This document shows, in pieces, positions 27,001 through 36,209 of a DNA stretch of 64,000 bases. Location: positions 6,091-70,090 of the forward strand of contig JADGNY010000012.1 in the NCBI GenBank assembly GCA_017883235.1. The letters are read 5' to 3'. The notes beneath the pieces were generated by a model. It saw nothing but the letters and a program-made list of their open reading frames with translations. It ran no database searches and was not told the DNA's origin. Every line of letters begins with the position of its first letter. Position 1 is the stretch's first letter. The stretch is from Thermoanaerobaculia bacterium. GTDB lineage: Bacteria; Acidobacteriota; Thermoanaerobaculia; Gp7-AA8. Position numbers and translations under genes: made by a program.

Positions 27001-27075
27001 TCTTCGACCAGCAACCGCATCGCAGAAGTTCTCTCGCCGCGTGTGTTCCGCCTCGGCGCGCGTCTGTCGTTCTAG
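24061..27075 (+). CDS. TonB-dependent receptor (Oar-like, N-terminal carboxypeptidase-regulatory-like domain)
   Basis: Signal peptide, LPGVTVTL, NMVTKRGTNDFKG, GGPIIKDRLWF, SPRLGLTY, terminal PRVFRLGARLSF. Confidence 0.92.
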   Translation: MQRYSSLGFRAATIAAMVLIALLAVSAYAQIQSGNIYGKAQAKDGSALPGVTVTLTGVGAPQTVVTDAAGNFRFLNLSPGSYGLKAELAGFGTSTRTGITVNLGRNADVTMTLNPSAAESIVVTAEAPLLDVRKTGTGADISKVELENVPSARDPWVILQQTPGVTIDRNNVGGNESGQQSVYASKGTQGTQSTWNVDGVNITDFAATGSSPSYYDFDAFEEMQITTGGTDPRIMTPGVQLNMVTKRGTNDFKGSAHGFHTSQSYQATPQIPAEATSYLAAINQIDKINDDGGEIGGPIIKDRLWFWGAYGKQDINILTATLLNPKDPTSRFHDTTQLKNENLKVNAQPTASNSLTLVDQYGAKIKFGRNVSTTRFPETSWNQNDTYAKGTGSLTDPTLWKIEDTQIINQNLYLTGLYSKVQGGFQLIADNGKGCATFACGIDSLPAFRDKTVGGDGAWHRSFYSVTSLRPQKQTRLDGSAFVNTGKFSHELKFGYGYRVADVTSRTAWPGGEYTYNYGTGFGDGHDTGLVAFPRFPSLTYSSKSTDMYVGDTIMLGNLTLQGALRYDQQKGVVSAGTAAANPVVPELLPAETFSGESGLKFNNISPRLGLTYALGADRKTLLRASYSRYVSQLTSNAVNPVSPGATSYIYYYYNDLNHNNAAERNEIDFAYGNIGHSGFDPTHPTLSTQFTRWASNLKAPYTDEIILGGERELMSDFSVGINGTYRKLDNFISTVGEHTQGAGDFYSPSDYVLHAPVTATLPNGSTVSLPYYQLKPGVSVPVFSVIRNTPDYYQTYKGLEFTATKRLSHRWMMRGNLTLQDWKQHVGPGAIVDPTVTRTCGVCNNSEVIFQSTGSGAKGNVYINSKWTADLTGTYQIPVIETSFGFNVNSRQGYSLPYVFLVKGAPGSGEGNKSLLAPSAVDTFRDPTVTEVDLRIAKEIRFQRVGLTLSLDGFNMLNSNTILQRNVAQLNSSASNANPSSTSNRIAEVLSPRVFRLGARLSF

Positions 27076-27102
27076 TTCGATCTACAACGTCGTTTGCATC
27101 AC

Positions 27103-27135
27103 AACCCGCTGGGGGCACCCCCAGCGGGTTTTTTT
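27103..27135 (+). terminator. Intrinsic terminator
   Basis: AACCCGCTGGGG...CCCCAGCGGGTT followed by a T-run. Confidence 0.85.
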
Positions 27136-27241
27136 GTGGAGCGCTGACGTTCGGTTCTATATATTCTGGAACAGGGGTGCGATACGCTGCGTTTCGCACC
27201 CCGGGCTCACGGGCTCAACCCACTTGAAATCAGGAGAATCG

Positions 27242-28306
27242 ATGCGCAAGCTCAGCGTCTTTACCTCGATCATGCTGTCGCTCTTTCTGGTCGTCACCGC
27301 CACGGCTCAGGTTCGCGGGAAGGGCCGGCTGCAGGGAACCGTCACCGACAAGACCACCGGCAAGCCGATTCAGGGCGCCACGGTGACCGTGGCAATCGCG
27401 TCAGGCAACACCCAGCCGATCGTCGTCAAGACCGATGCCCATGGTCATTGGTCGGCTCTCGGAATGGTCGGCGGCCAGTGGAACGTCGACATCGCCGCGG
27501 CCGGCTACCAGACCAGCCGCGGCACCGCGAACATCAGCGAAATGCAGCAGCAACCGATGATCCAGACGCAGCTCGCGCCGGAAGACAAAGAGGAAGCGGC
27601 GGCGGCGACGGTCGTCACCGCGGCGCCCGCCGTTCCGAAGGAAGCAATCGACGCGATCACCGAAGGCCAGAACCTGATGAGGATCAAGGCCGGCGACGTC
27701 GTCCCCACGCCGCAATCGGCCGGCGGAGCGGCCACCCACACGGTGACGGCCGATGAGGTGCACGAAAATGTCAAGCGTGCCGTCGCTGATTTCGAGAAGG
27801 CGCTTTCGATGGTCCCGGCAGATAAGCCGGAGACGAAACAGATGCACGACCAGCTCCTGCAGGTCATGGCCCAGGCGTACTACCGGGCCGGCGATCTGAA
27901 GAACGCCATCACATCGCTCGAGGCCGTGACGGCCGCCGATCCCTCCAACAACACGGCGGCGTTGCTCCTGGCAAACCTCTACCTCGAGAATGGACAGCTC
28001 GACGCCGGAAAGGCTCAGATCGAGAAGCTGCCGGCATCGGCGATCACCGATCCGACGACCTATCTCAACCTCGGCATCCTCTTCCTCAACAAGAAGAATC
28101 CCGCGGATGCGGTCACGTACTTCAGCAAGGCCATCGCCATGGACCCGAAGGGGGTCGACGCCTTCTACTATCGTGGTCTGGCAAACGCGCAATTGAACAA
28201 AACGGCCGACGCGCGTGCCGATTTCGAGCAGGTCGTCGCCATGGCGCCGGACGCGCCGGAGGCGAAAGACTCCCGGGCCATGCTCGCGGCGTTGCCGAAG
28301 AAGTAA
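27242..28306 (+). CDS. Secreted protein: carboxypeptidase-regulatory-like domain plus TPR repeats
   Basis: AGGAG RBS, signal peptide, GRLQGTVTD..GKPIQGATV, TPRs (YLNLGILF, FYYRGLA). Confidence 0.85.
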   Translation: MRKLSVFTSIMLSLFLVVTATAQVRGKGRLQGTVTDKTTGKPIQGATVTVAIASGNTQPIVVKTDAHGHWSALGMVGGQWNVDIAAAGYQTSRGTANISEMQQQPMIQTQLAPEDKEEAAAATVVTAAPAVPKEAIDAITEGQNLMRIKAGDVVPTPQSAGGAATHTVTADEVHENVKRAVADFEKALSMVPADKPETKQMHDQLLQVMAQAYYRAGDLKNAITSLEAVTAADPSNNTAALLLANLYLENGQLDAGKAQIEKLPASAITDPTTYLNLGILFLNKKNPADAVTYFSKAIAMDPKGVDAFYYRGLANAQLNKTADARADFEQVVAMAPDAPEAKDSRAMLAALPKK

Positions 28307-28324
28307 CCATCGACCCGACCCTGC

Positions 28325-30547
28325 ATGAACGCAACCTGGTTACGGCGTTGTGCCTTTCTTTGCGCGGCCGGCCTGCTGGCCCTCGCGCTCGTCACGTCTT
28401 GCCGCCGGTCCATCGGCTCGCCGTCGAACACGACGCCGGTGATCCTGATCTCGATCGATACACTTCGGTCGGATCACCTGCCGGCGTACGGCTACAAGGG
28501 GATTACCACGCCGAACATCGACGCCTTGCGCGCCGACTCGATTCTCTACGAGCGCGCGTACAGCCACGTGCCGCTCACGCTCCCCTCGCACACATCGATT
28601 CTCACCGGCATGTTGCCGGCGGACCATGGCGTTCGGGATAACGTCGGCTACCATGTGGGCGATTCGATCCCGATGGTGCAGGAGCTGCTCAAGAAGAACG
28701 GCTATGCCACGGGAGCAGCGGTCTCGGCGTTCGTTCTGCGGCGCGAAACGCACCTTGCCCGCGGATTCGATTTCTACGATGACGCGGTGAAGGCGATGGC
28801 CGGTGAGAACCTGATCGGCCGCGTGCAGCGGGACGGCCGCGAAACGGAGAAGGCAGGGCAGAAGTGGATCGATGCGCAAGGAACCCGGCCGTTCTTCTTT
28901 TTCCTGCACCTCTACGATCCGCATACGCCGTATACGCCGCCGGAGCCGTACTTCAGCATGTATTCGAATCATTACGACGGCGAGATCGCCTACGTGGACT
29001 CGATCATCGGAACCCTGATCGCTGACCTCAAGAAGCGAGGCCTCTACGACAAGTCGCTCATCATCTTCCTCTCCGATCACGGCGAGGGACTCAGCGAGCA
29101 CGGGGAGGAGGAACATGGGCTCCTTCTCTATCGTGAGGAGCTTCAGGTGCCGCTGATCGTGAAGCTTCCGGGGCAACGTAAAGCGGGGGCGACGGTGAAG
29201 ACGCCGGTGCAGCTCGTCGACGTCTTTCCGACGATCCTGGAGCGGACGGCCACACCGGCTCCGGCGACAGGGCATCGCATCGGCCAGTCGCTGCTCTCGT
29301 TCCTGGACGGCGGTCCGGTGCGGTCGATCTACTCGGAGACCCTCTATCCGCGCTTCCATTTCGGCTGGAGCGATCTGCATTCGCTCATCGACGGCGACAA
29401 CCACTACATCAGAAGTCCCCAACCGGAGCTGTTCGATCTGGCGTCCGATCCCGGTGAGAAGAAGAACGTGCTGCAGGACAACCGGCGGGCATACATCAAG
29501 CTGCGGGATGAGATCGAGCCGTTCGTAAAGAGCGCCGCGGCACCGGCGAATATCGATCCCGAGGAAGCGGCCAAGCTCGCTGCACTCGGATATGTCGGCT
29601 CGACGGTGGATACCTCCAAGAGCGGGCCGCTCCCCGATCCGAAAAGCATGATGGGAGCGTTCCACGATATCCGGGTCGCATACACGCTCTATCGGGACGG
29701 CAAGGAGCCTGAGGCACTTCAGCTCACCAATCAACTGCTGGCGAGCAATGGCCAGATCACCGATCTCTGGGATCTCAAGTCCAAGATCCTCTACAAGATG
29801 GGGCGCGAGCAGGACTCGATCGAGGCCGCCAAGGACGGACTGCGGCACGTCCCCACCGCCATCGCCCTGTTGTACGATGTCGCCAATCTCGCTCTGAAGA
29901 TGGGCGATCTCGACACGGCCCAGAAGCATGCCGAGATCGCCGTGACGGTCGAGCCCGGTGAGGCGCACGAGATCCTTTCGAAGATCTGGATGCGCCGGAA
30001 CGATCCGAAGCGTGCCGAGGCCGAAGCCAAGCTTGCGGTCGATACGGCCCACGATCCGACCGATTCTCTGATCATGCTTGGCGGTATCGAGAGAGCTCGC
30101 GGCAATATGCCGGCCGCTCTCGGTTATTACCAGCGTGCCTTGACCGCGAGCGAGAAGTCGTCCAAGCCCGCGCCGGGCCTGCACGCCGCGCTCGGAGACG
30201 TCCTGGCCCGGCTCGGTAGAAACGAGGAAGCAGAGCGCGAGTTCCGTCTGGAGATTGCCAAGAACCCGTCGTCCTCCGACGCCTACGCTTCGCTGGTCAT
30301 GCTTCTCGCGGTCGAACATCGTCTCGATGAAGCCACAAAGCTGATCTTCGACGTCGTCAAGGCCGTCCCCCAGCCGCATACGTATACCGTCGTCGCCGAG
30401 ACGTTGACGGCGATCGGTGACGATCGTGGCGCATTGTTCTGGGCCTTCCAGGGGCAGCAGAAATATCCGGGCGACCCCGAGTTGAAGCGCCTGCCGCAGC
30501 ACGTCCGGGAGTCGGGGCCGCTGCTGCGCAAGCGGATGATGAATTGA
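28325..30547 (+). CDS. Sulfatase-like (alkaline phosphatase superfamily) hydrolase/transferase plus TPR, probable lipoprotein
   Basis: LISIDTLRSDH, TLPSHTSILTG, HLYDPH, YDGEI, SDHGE; C-terminal TPRs. Confidence 0.88.
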   Translation: MNATWLRRCAFLCAAGLLALALVTSCRRSIGSPSNTTPVILISIDTLRSDHLPAYGYKGITTPNIDALRADSILYERAYSHVPLTLPSHTSILTGMLPADHGVRDNVGYHVGDSIPMVQELLKKNGYATGAAVSAFVLRRETHLARGFDFYDDAVKAMAGENLIGRVQRDGRETEKAGQKWIDAQGTRPFFFFLHLYDPHTPYTPPEPYFSMYSNHYDGEIAYVDSIIGTLIADLKKRGLYDKSLIIFLSDHGEGLSEHGEEEHGLLLYREELQVPLIVKLPGQRKAGATVKTPVQLVDVFPTILERTATPAPATGHRIGQSLLSFLDGGPVRSIYSETLYPRFHFGWSDLHSLIDGDNHYIRSPQPELFDLASDPGEKKNVLQDNRRAYIKLRDEIEPFVKSAAAPANIDPEEAAKLAALGYVGSTVDTSKSGPLPDPKSMMGAFHDIRVAYTLYRDGKEPEALQLTNQLLASNGQITDLWDLKSKILYKMGREQDSIEAAKDGLRHVPTAIALLYDVANLALKMGDLDTAQKHAEIAVTVEPGEAHEILSKIWMRRNDPKRAEAEAKLAVDTAHDPTDSLIMLGGIERARGNMPAALGYYQRALTASEKSSKPAPGLHAALGDVLARLGRNEEAEREFRLEIAKNPSSSDAYASLVMLLAVEHRLDEATKLIFDVVKAVPQPHTYTVVAETLTAIGDDRGALFWAFQGQQKYPGDPELKRLPQHVRESGPLLRKRMMN

Positions 30548-32649
30548 CGTCCGTGGGATCCGAGGAACAGCAGAAACCTTCCCGGCGGCGGATGCTCATC
30601 ATCGCCGTCTTTGGGGCGATCGTCATCGCCGGCGTTTCCTGGTTGGTTTTTCGGCGGTTCCGCGGCGAGGGTCGCGCGCCGGCTCGCGACATCATCCTCG
30701 TCACGATCGACACCCTCCGCGCCGATTGCGTCGGATACGCCGGGAACACTCGCGTGCGGACGCCATTCCTCGACTCACTGGCCGGCCGCGGGCTGGAGTT
30801 CACGAACGCCCATGCGCACAACGTCATCACGCTGGCGTCGCACACCAACATCCTGACGGGCCTCTACCCGTTCCAGCACGGGGTTCGCGAGAACGCGGGA
30901 TTCAAGCTCGATCCGAAGTACGAGACCGTCGCGGCCATGCTGCATCGCGGCGGCTATGTTTCCGGTGCATTCGTCGGCGCCTTTCCGCTCGATGCCCGCT
31001 TCGGTCTGAACCGCGGCTTCGACATGTACGACGACAACTACGGCAAAGGACAGTCGGGAGTCGATTTCGTCGAACCGGAGCGTCGCGCCGAGGCGGTCCT
31101 CGCCGCGGCCACGAAGTGGTGGAACGCCCACGAGGGAGAGAAGCGATTCATGTGGGTCCATCTCTACGACCCGCATGCCCCATACGCGCCGCCGGAACCG
31201 TTCCTTTCCTCCTTCCGCGACCATGAGTACCTCGGCGAGATTTCGTACGTCGACGATGCACTCTCCAAAGCCATCGGTCCGATCGTGGCCGCCGAACCGG
31301 ACGCGCTGATCGTCGTCACTGCCGATCATGGTGAGGCGCTGGGCGATCACGGCGAAGCGACGCACGGTCTCTTCGCCTACGAGTCAACGCTGAAGGTTCC
31401 CTTACTCGTCGCCGGTCACGGAACCGGGCATCGGAAGGTGACCGAGTTCGTCCGCCATATCGACATCGTTCCGACGATCCTCGAGGCCGCTGGCCTGCCG
31501 AAACCGGCGGCTCTGCCGGGAGCGTCGCTTCTCCACGATGTGGGTGCGCGCGACAGCTACTTCGAGTCTCTCTCCGCGTCGCTCAATCGAGGCTGGGCCC
31601 CGCTGACAGGAATCATCCACGGCGGACTCAAATACATCGACCTGCCGCTGGCCGAGCTCTACGACCTTCCCCGCGATCCGCGTGAGTTGGAGAACCTGCG
31701 AGAGGAACGGCGCCGCGACGTCGAAACAGCACGCCGGCTGCTCGCGCCGATGCAGGTGCTCCCCTCCGCGCGCGCCGCGGTCTCATCCGAGGAGATCGCG
31801 CGGTTGCGCAGCCTGGGATATGTGTCCGGCAACGCCTCGCCGCGCGAGCACTACACGGAAGCGGACGATCCGAAGAACCTGATCGGACTCGATTCGAAGA
31901 TGCACGCCGCGGTCGACGCATTCGAGCGCGGCAATCCGGTCCGGGCGCTTGCTCTTGCGCGCGAGGTCGTCGCCGCGAGAAGTGACATGGATGCGGGGCG
32001 TGAACTGCTCGCCTTCATGCTGCAGCAAAACGATCAGATTGCCGAGGCGATGGAACAGTTGAAGATCCTGGTCTCGAAGCCGAATGCCGCCGACTCCGAC
32101 GTCGTGCATCTGGCTCTCTTGTTGAGCGAGACCGGGAATCCGAAGGGGGCGGTCGATCTCCTCGATCCGCGCGCCGGCAGCAACGATCCCGATCTGCTCA
32201 ACGCCCTCGGGGTGGCTCTCTCCGACTCTGGACGCGAGGCGGAGGCACGAAGCCAGTTTGAGCGCGTGCTGGCGATCGACGCGAACGACGCCCCAGCCCT
32301 GCAGAACCTCGGCATCCTCGCTCTCAAGGGAGGCAATGTGAGCGCTGCCGAGAGCAGGCTCACTCGTGCGCTGGAGCTCAATCCGAAATTGCCGCTGGCG
32401 TGGAACACGCTCGGGGTGATCTACGCGCAGAAGGGCGACTTCGAGCATGCCGTCGACTCGTGGAAACGCGCCGTTGCATGCGATCCGCGTCAGTACGACG
32501 CGCTGCTCAACATCGGGATCGTGGCCTCGAAAGCGGGGAACGCGGCCGAAGCGCGCGCCGCCCTGGAGCGCTTCGTCAGAACGGCGCCGAAGTCGCATTA
32601 CGCCGCCGACATCGCCGAGGCGCAGCGAACCCTTGCCCAACTGCACTGA
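30544..32649 (+). CDS. Sulfatase-like hydrolase/transferase plus TPR, membrane-anchored paralog
   Basis: LVTIDTLRAD, TLASHTNILTG, HLYDPH, ADHGE; TPRs. Confidence 0.88.
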   Translation: MTSVGSEEQQKPSRRRMLIIAVFGAIVIAGVSWLVFRRFRGEGRAPARDIILVTIDTLRADCVGYAGNTRVRTPFLDSLAGRGLEFTNAHAHNVITLASHTNILTGLYPFQHGVRENAGFKLDPKYETVAAMLHRGGYVSGAFVGAFPLDARFGLNRGFDMYDDNYGKGQSGVDFVEPERRAEAVLAAATKWWNAHEGEKRFMWVHLYDPHAPYAPPEPFLSSFRDHEYLGEISYVDDALSKAIGPIVAAEPDALIVVTADHGEALGDHGEATHGLFAYESTLKVPLLVAGHGTGHRKVTEFVRHIDIVPTILEAAGLPKPAALPGASLLHDVGARDSYFESLSASLNRGWAPLTGIIHGGLKYIDLPLAELYDLPRDPRELENLREERRRDVETARRLLAPMQVLPSARAAVSSEEIARLRSLGYVSGNASPREHYTEADDPKNLIGLDSKMHAAVDAFERGNPVRALALAREVVAARSDMDAGRELLAFMLQQNDQIAEAMEQLKILVSKPNAADSDVVHLALLLSETGNPKGAVDLLDPRAGSNDPDLLNALGVALSDSGREAEARSQFERVLAIDANDAPALQNLGILALKGGNVSAAESRLTRALELNPKLPLAWNTLGVIYAQKGDFEHAVDSWKRAVACDPRQYDALLNIGIVASKAGNAAEARAALERFVRTAPKSHYAADIAEAQRTLAQLH

Positions 32650-32656
32650 CGAGGAT

Positions 32657-33388
32657 ATGTCCGCTCTCCTCTATACTTTTGACCGATTGTCCACCGACGA
32701 CTTGGCCGCGTTCGAATCCCGCATCGGATATCCCTTCCTGCAGCGGGAGATCCTGACACGCGCGCTCACGCACAAGTCGTATTCGCACGAGGCGAAGAAC
32801 GACGCCCTGCGGGACAACGAGACCTTCGAATTCCTCGGCGACTCCGTTCTCGGCTTCGTTATCGGCGACCTCCTTTTTCGGCGTTTTCCGGAGCTCGACG
32901 AAGGAGCGCTCTCGAAGATGAAGGCGTATCTCGTCAGCGCCACCAGCCTTGCCGAGAAAGCGCGCGCCTACGGCATGGGAGACGTCCTTTTCCTCGGCGT
33001 CGGCGAAGAGAAGTCAGGCGGCCGGAAGAAAGACTCGCTGCTGGCCAATCTCTTCGAGGCCATGCTGGCGGCGGTCTACCTCGACGGCGGCATCGAGCCG
33101 GTGCGAGGCCTCATCGAGCGGATGTTCACGCCCGATCTCGAGGCCATCGACGAGCAGAACCTCCTCTTCCAGGACTACAAGACCGCGTTGCAGGAAATGG
33201 CGCAGGGGAGCGGTATGCCGCTGCCTGAGTACAGCGTCGTCGGCGAAGTGGGGCCCGATCACGACAAGCGGTTCATCGTCGAAGTGAAAGTCGGCAACCT
33301 GGCCACGCGCGGCGAGGGATCGTCGAAAAAAGAGGCGCAGCAGCAGGCGGCCAAGCATGCATTGCGCGAATCGTCGCCGGGCGCATAG
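32657..33388 (+). CDS. rnc: Ribonuclease III
   Basis: ALTHKSY, NETFEFLGDSVLG, dsRBD DYKTALQE...GPDH...GSSKKEAQQ. Confidence 0.95.
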   Translation: MSALLYTFDRLSTDDLAAFESRIGYPFLQREILTRALTHKSYSHEAKNDALRDNETFEFLGDSVLGFVIGDLLFRRFPELDEGALSKMKAYLVSATSLAEKARAYGMGDVLFLGVGEEKSGGRKKDSLLANLFEAMLAAVYLDGGIEPVRGLIERMFTPDLEAIDEQNLLFQDYKTALQEMAQGSGMPLPEYSVVGEVGPDHDKRFIVEVKVGNLATRGEGSSKKEAQQQAAKHALRESSPGA

Positions 33389-34511
33389 GGCCGTCGTTGC
33401 GGTGCTGATCCTCGCGGTCAGCCTGACCACGGCGCACTCGCAGACGGCGCGTGATGCCGACCTTACCCGCATCCGTGCCGAGATCGGCCGTCTTCGGAAA
33501 CGTCTCGACGACGTCCGGACTCAGACGCGCGGTGCCGAGCATGATCTGGAGGAAGCGGACCTCGAGCTCGGCATCCGTACGAATGAGCTGCAGCTTGCCA
33601 TCGACATGCAGTCGCAACTCGAGCAGCAGCGTCACGACCTCGAGTCGCAGATCGCGGCCATCGCCTCGAACGTCGCCAGGGAGAAGGCGTTCCTGCGCAA
33701 ACGGCTGGCTGTCCTTTATCGCCTGGGCGGGCTGAGCTACCTTCGTCTGCTGCTGTCGATCGACGATCAGCGGGATCCCGTGCAGGCGGTGTCGATGCTC
33801 GGGTTTCTCGTCTCCCGCGATGCGCGCGCGGTCGCGCGTTTCCAGTCCGCCGGCGAGCAACTGCGAGCCCGCCATGCCGACCTCGCCGATCGCCAGCAGC
33901 GGCTGGCCGGCGTGCGGCGCATCGTAGACCAGCGCCAGAAGGAGATGGCCTCGGCGCGTGCGAAGAAGGAGAGGATGCTGGCCTCGCTGCGCAGCGAGGG
34001 GAGCCAGTCGGAGCAGAAACTGGCCGAGCTCGAGGAGAAGGCGAAGCGGCTCGAGCACCTTCTCGACGTGCTGTCGCGTCAGAATGGCACGGCCGCGGTG
34101 GCGGCAATCGACATCCGCACGGTGCAGGGCGCGCTGGCGTGGCCGGTCCAGGGGAAAATCATCGAGCACTTCGGAAAGCAAACGAACGCAAAATTTTCGA
34201 CCGTGACCTTTAATAACGGCCTGAAGATCGCCGCGGCGCCCGGTGCTGAAGTACGCTCTGTCTTTGCGGGAACAGTTCTATTTTCGCAGTGGTTCAAGGG
34301 ATACGGCAATCTGGTGATACTCGATCACGGCAACCGCGTTTTCTCACTCTACGGCAACCTGAAGTCGCCGGCCGTCGCGGTCGGAGACCGCGTCAACGCT
34401 GGACAGACGATTGCAGGGGTCGGCGAGTCGGAGGCAGCGCATTCCGGCTACCTCTACTTCGAGATCCGGCAGGACAACAAGCCTGAAGATCCGCAGAAAT
34501 GGCTGCGGTAG
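33357..34511 (+). CDS. envC: EnvC-like murein hydrolase activator (coiled coil plus degenerate M23)
   Basis: Long coiled coil, WPVQG, GYGNLVILDHG, LYFEIR; Zn-ligand His residues absent. Confidence 0.8.
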   Translation: MHCANRRRAHRAVVAVLILAVSLTTAHSQTARDADLTRIRAEIGRLRKRLDDVRTQTRGAEHDLEEADLELGIRTNELQLAIDMQSQLEQQRHDLESQIAAIASNVAREKAFLRKRLAVLYRLGGLSYLRLLLSIDDQRDPVQAVSMLGFLVSRDARAVARFQSAGEQLRARHADLADRQQRLAGVRRIVDQRQKEMASARAKKERMLASLRSEGSQSEQKLAELEEKAKRLEHLLDVLSRQNGTAAVAAIDIRTVQGALAWPVQGKIIEHFGKQTNAKFSTVTFNNGLKIAAAPGAEVRSVFAGTVLFSQWFKGYGNLVILDHGNRVFSLYGNLKSPAVAVGDRVNAGQTIAGVGESEAAHSGYLYFEIRQDNKPEDPQKWLR

Positions 34512-34542
34512 CGAGCACAACGAGCATAGCGAGCACAGCGAA

Positions 34543-35742
34543 ATGACCAAAAAGAAAATCGTCTTCCTCTCCGTTTCGGTAGCGCTTCTCCTCTCGCTTC
34601 TCGGTGGCGCGCTGTTCGGACAGGCCACGCAGAAGAACAACGTCTACCGCTACCTCAGCATCTTCACCGAGGTCTTCGACCTGGTGAGGAACAACTACGT
34701 GGAACAGGTGCCGGCCGACCAGTTGATGGACGGCGCCTTCTCCGGTGTCACCGACGCCATCGACGAGTTCAGCTACTACGTGCCGCCGGCGCAGATGGCG
34801 GCGTACAAGAGTTTCAGCGACGTCGAAGACAACGGCGTCGGCCTCATCGTCACCAAGCGCTTCGGATACGCCTACGTCATCGCCTCCGTGCCGGGATCGC
34901 CCGCCGCGAAGTCGGGCATCGAGCGCGGCGACTTCATCGAGAAGATCGACGGACAGCCGACGCAGAAAATGGCCGTCTGGCAGGTCCGCAATCTCCTCCG
35001 CGGCGCCAAGCCGGTGCATCTGCAGGTTCTCCGCGGCGGCCAGACCAAGCGCGACGAGTTCACCCTGCAGCAGGCTGCCTTTCACCCGCTGCCCATCACC
35101 ACGGAACAGTACGGCGGCGTTTCCTACGTGAAGATCCCCTACTTCGAGAAGGGGACCGCCGCGCAACTGGCGACGACTCTGGAGACCATCCGCAAGGCCG
35201 GCAGCCGGAAGCTGATCATCGACCTCCGGGGCAATGCCGGCGGAGACGTGGAAGAAGCGATCACCTCGGCCGACGAGCTCCTGACGAGCGGTCTCATCAC
35301 CTCGCTCGCGGGACGCAACATCGATCCGAAGAAGTGGCAGGCCGACCGCAACACCGCCTACGACGGCGACCTCGAAGTCCTCACCGACGGCTCGACCGCT
35401 TCCGGCGCCGAGATTTTCGCCGCCGCCATTCACGGCAACCAGCGCGGCAAAGTGGTCGGCGTGACGACGTACGGCAAGTCGATCGTGCAGCGTTTCGTGA
35501 CCCTTCCCAGCGGCGGCGGCGTCTACATGACCGTCGCCCACTACACCACGCCGGACATGAAAGCGATCAAAGCCGGCGGCATCCGCCCGGACGTGATCGT
35601 GGACCTCACCGCCCTCGCGTTACGCGATGAGTCGAGCACGCCCGCGACGAAAGGCGCGGTGGCCAAACCGAAGGACGACTTGATCCTCCAGAAGGCGCTG
35701 CAGCTCTTCACCGAGCCCGCGGCAGCGAAGAAGGCGGCGTAG
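34543..35742 (+). CDS. S41 carboxyl-terminal processing protease (PDZ plus S41, CtpA-like)
   Basis: IIDLRGNAGG, TASGAEI (Ser), TYGK (Lys), GIRPD. Confidence 0.92.
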   Translation: MTKKKIVFLSVSVALLLSLLGGALFGQATQKNNVYRYLSIFTEVFDLVRNNYVEQVPADQLMDGAFSGVTDAIDEFSYYVPPAQMAAYKSFSDVEDNGVGLIVTKRFGYAYVIASVPGSPAAKSGIERGDFIEKIDGQPTQKMAVWQVRNLLRGAKPVHLQVLRGGQTKRDEFTLQQAAFHPLPITTEQYGGVSYVKIPYFEKGTAAQLATTLETIRKAGSRKLIIDLRGNAGGDVEEAITSADELLTSGLITSLAGRNIDPKKWQADRNTAYDGDLEVLTDGSTASGAEIFAAAIHGNQRGKVVGVTTYGKSIVQRFVTLPSGGGVYMTVAHYTTPDMKAIKAGGIRPDVIVDLTALALRDESSTPATKGAVAKPKDDLILQKALQLFTEPAAAKKAA

Positions 35743-35808
35743 GGGCCAAGCCCGACAAGCGTAGCGCTGGCCGGCCGGACCGCCGCCGGCTCGGCGGCGA
35801 TCCGCGCT

Positions 35809-36030
35809 TCAACGCCGGTCCTCGTGACGGAGCGTTGTTTCCCACTCAGCCAGACCTGCTTCTGTCAGAGTGTCTTCATCGGAAATGACCTTCGATAAAC
35901 GTGCGAGATCCCAACGCAAAGGATCCGGTCGGCGCACGACAACGATTCCTACCCGTTCGCCCGGGCGCAATGGCAGACGGCGCATCGGACGGAGTACACC
36001 ATCATTGAACTCCGCTTCGATCACTTCCAT
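35809..36030 (-). CDS. AF2212/DUF104-like antitoxin
   Basis: MEVIEAEFNDGVLRP...LRPGERV. Confidence 0.7.
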   Translation of the reverse strand: MEVIEAEFNDGVLRPMRRLPLRPGERVGIVVVRRPDPLRWDLARLSKVISDEDTLTEAGLAEWETTLRHEDRR

Positions 36031-36209
36031 GCGGTCAACGGTAACACGACGCCCTGAGGTTGGTGCGGAACAAGGAACAACAAATCAGCGTCACGTAGCG
36101 GTGGACAGCCGGCGCCTCGAGTTGGAGCACAAGGATACACGCATCGCACACATGCGGCAACCATACGTCAACTTGCTGCTTGTAAGGGACTGGCGGCCAC
36201 TTCTGTCCG

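Noticed and set aside
34511-34541. 9-bp triple repeat (CGAGCAYAR) as a regulatory site
   Set aside because: Too short and context-free to separate from the general short-repeat background
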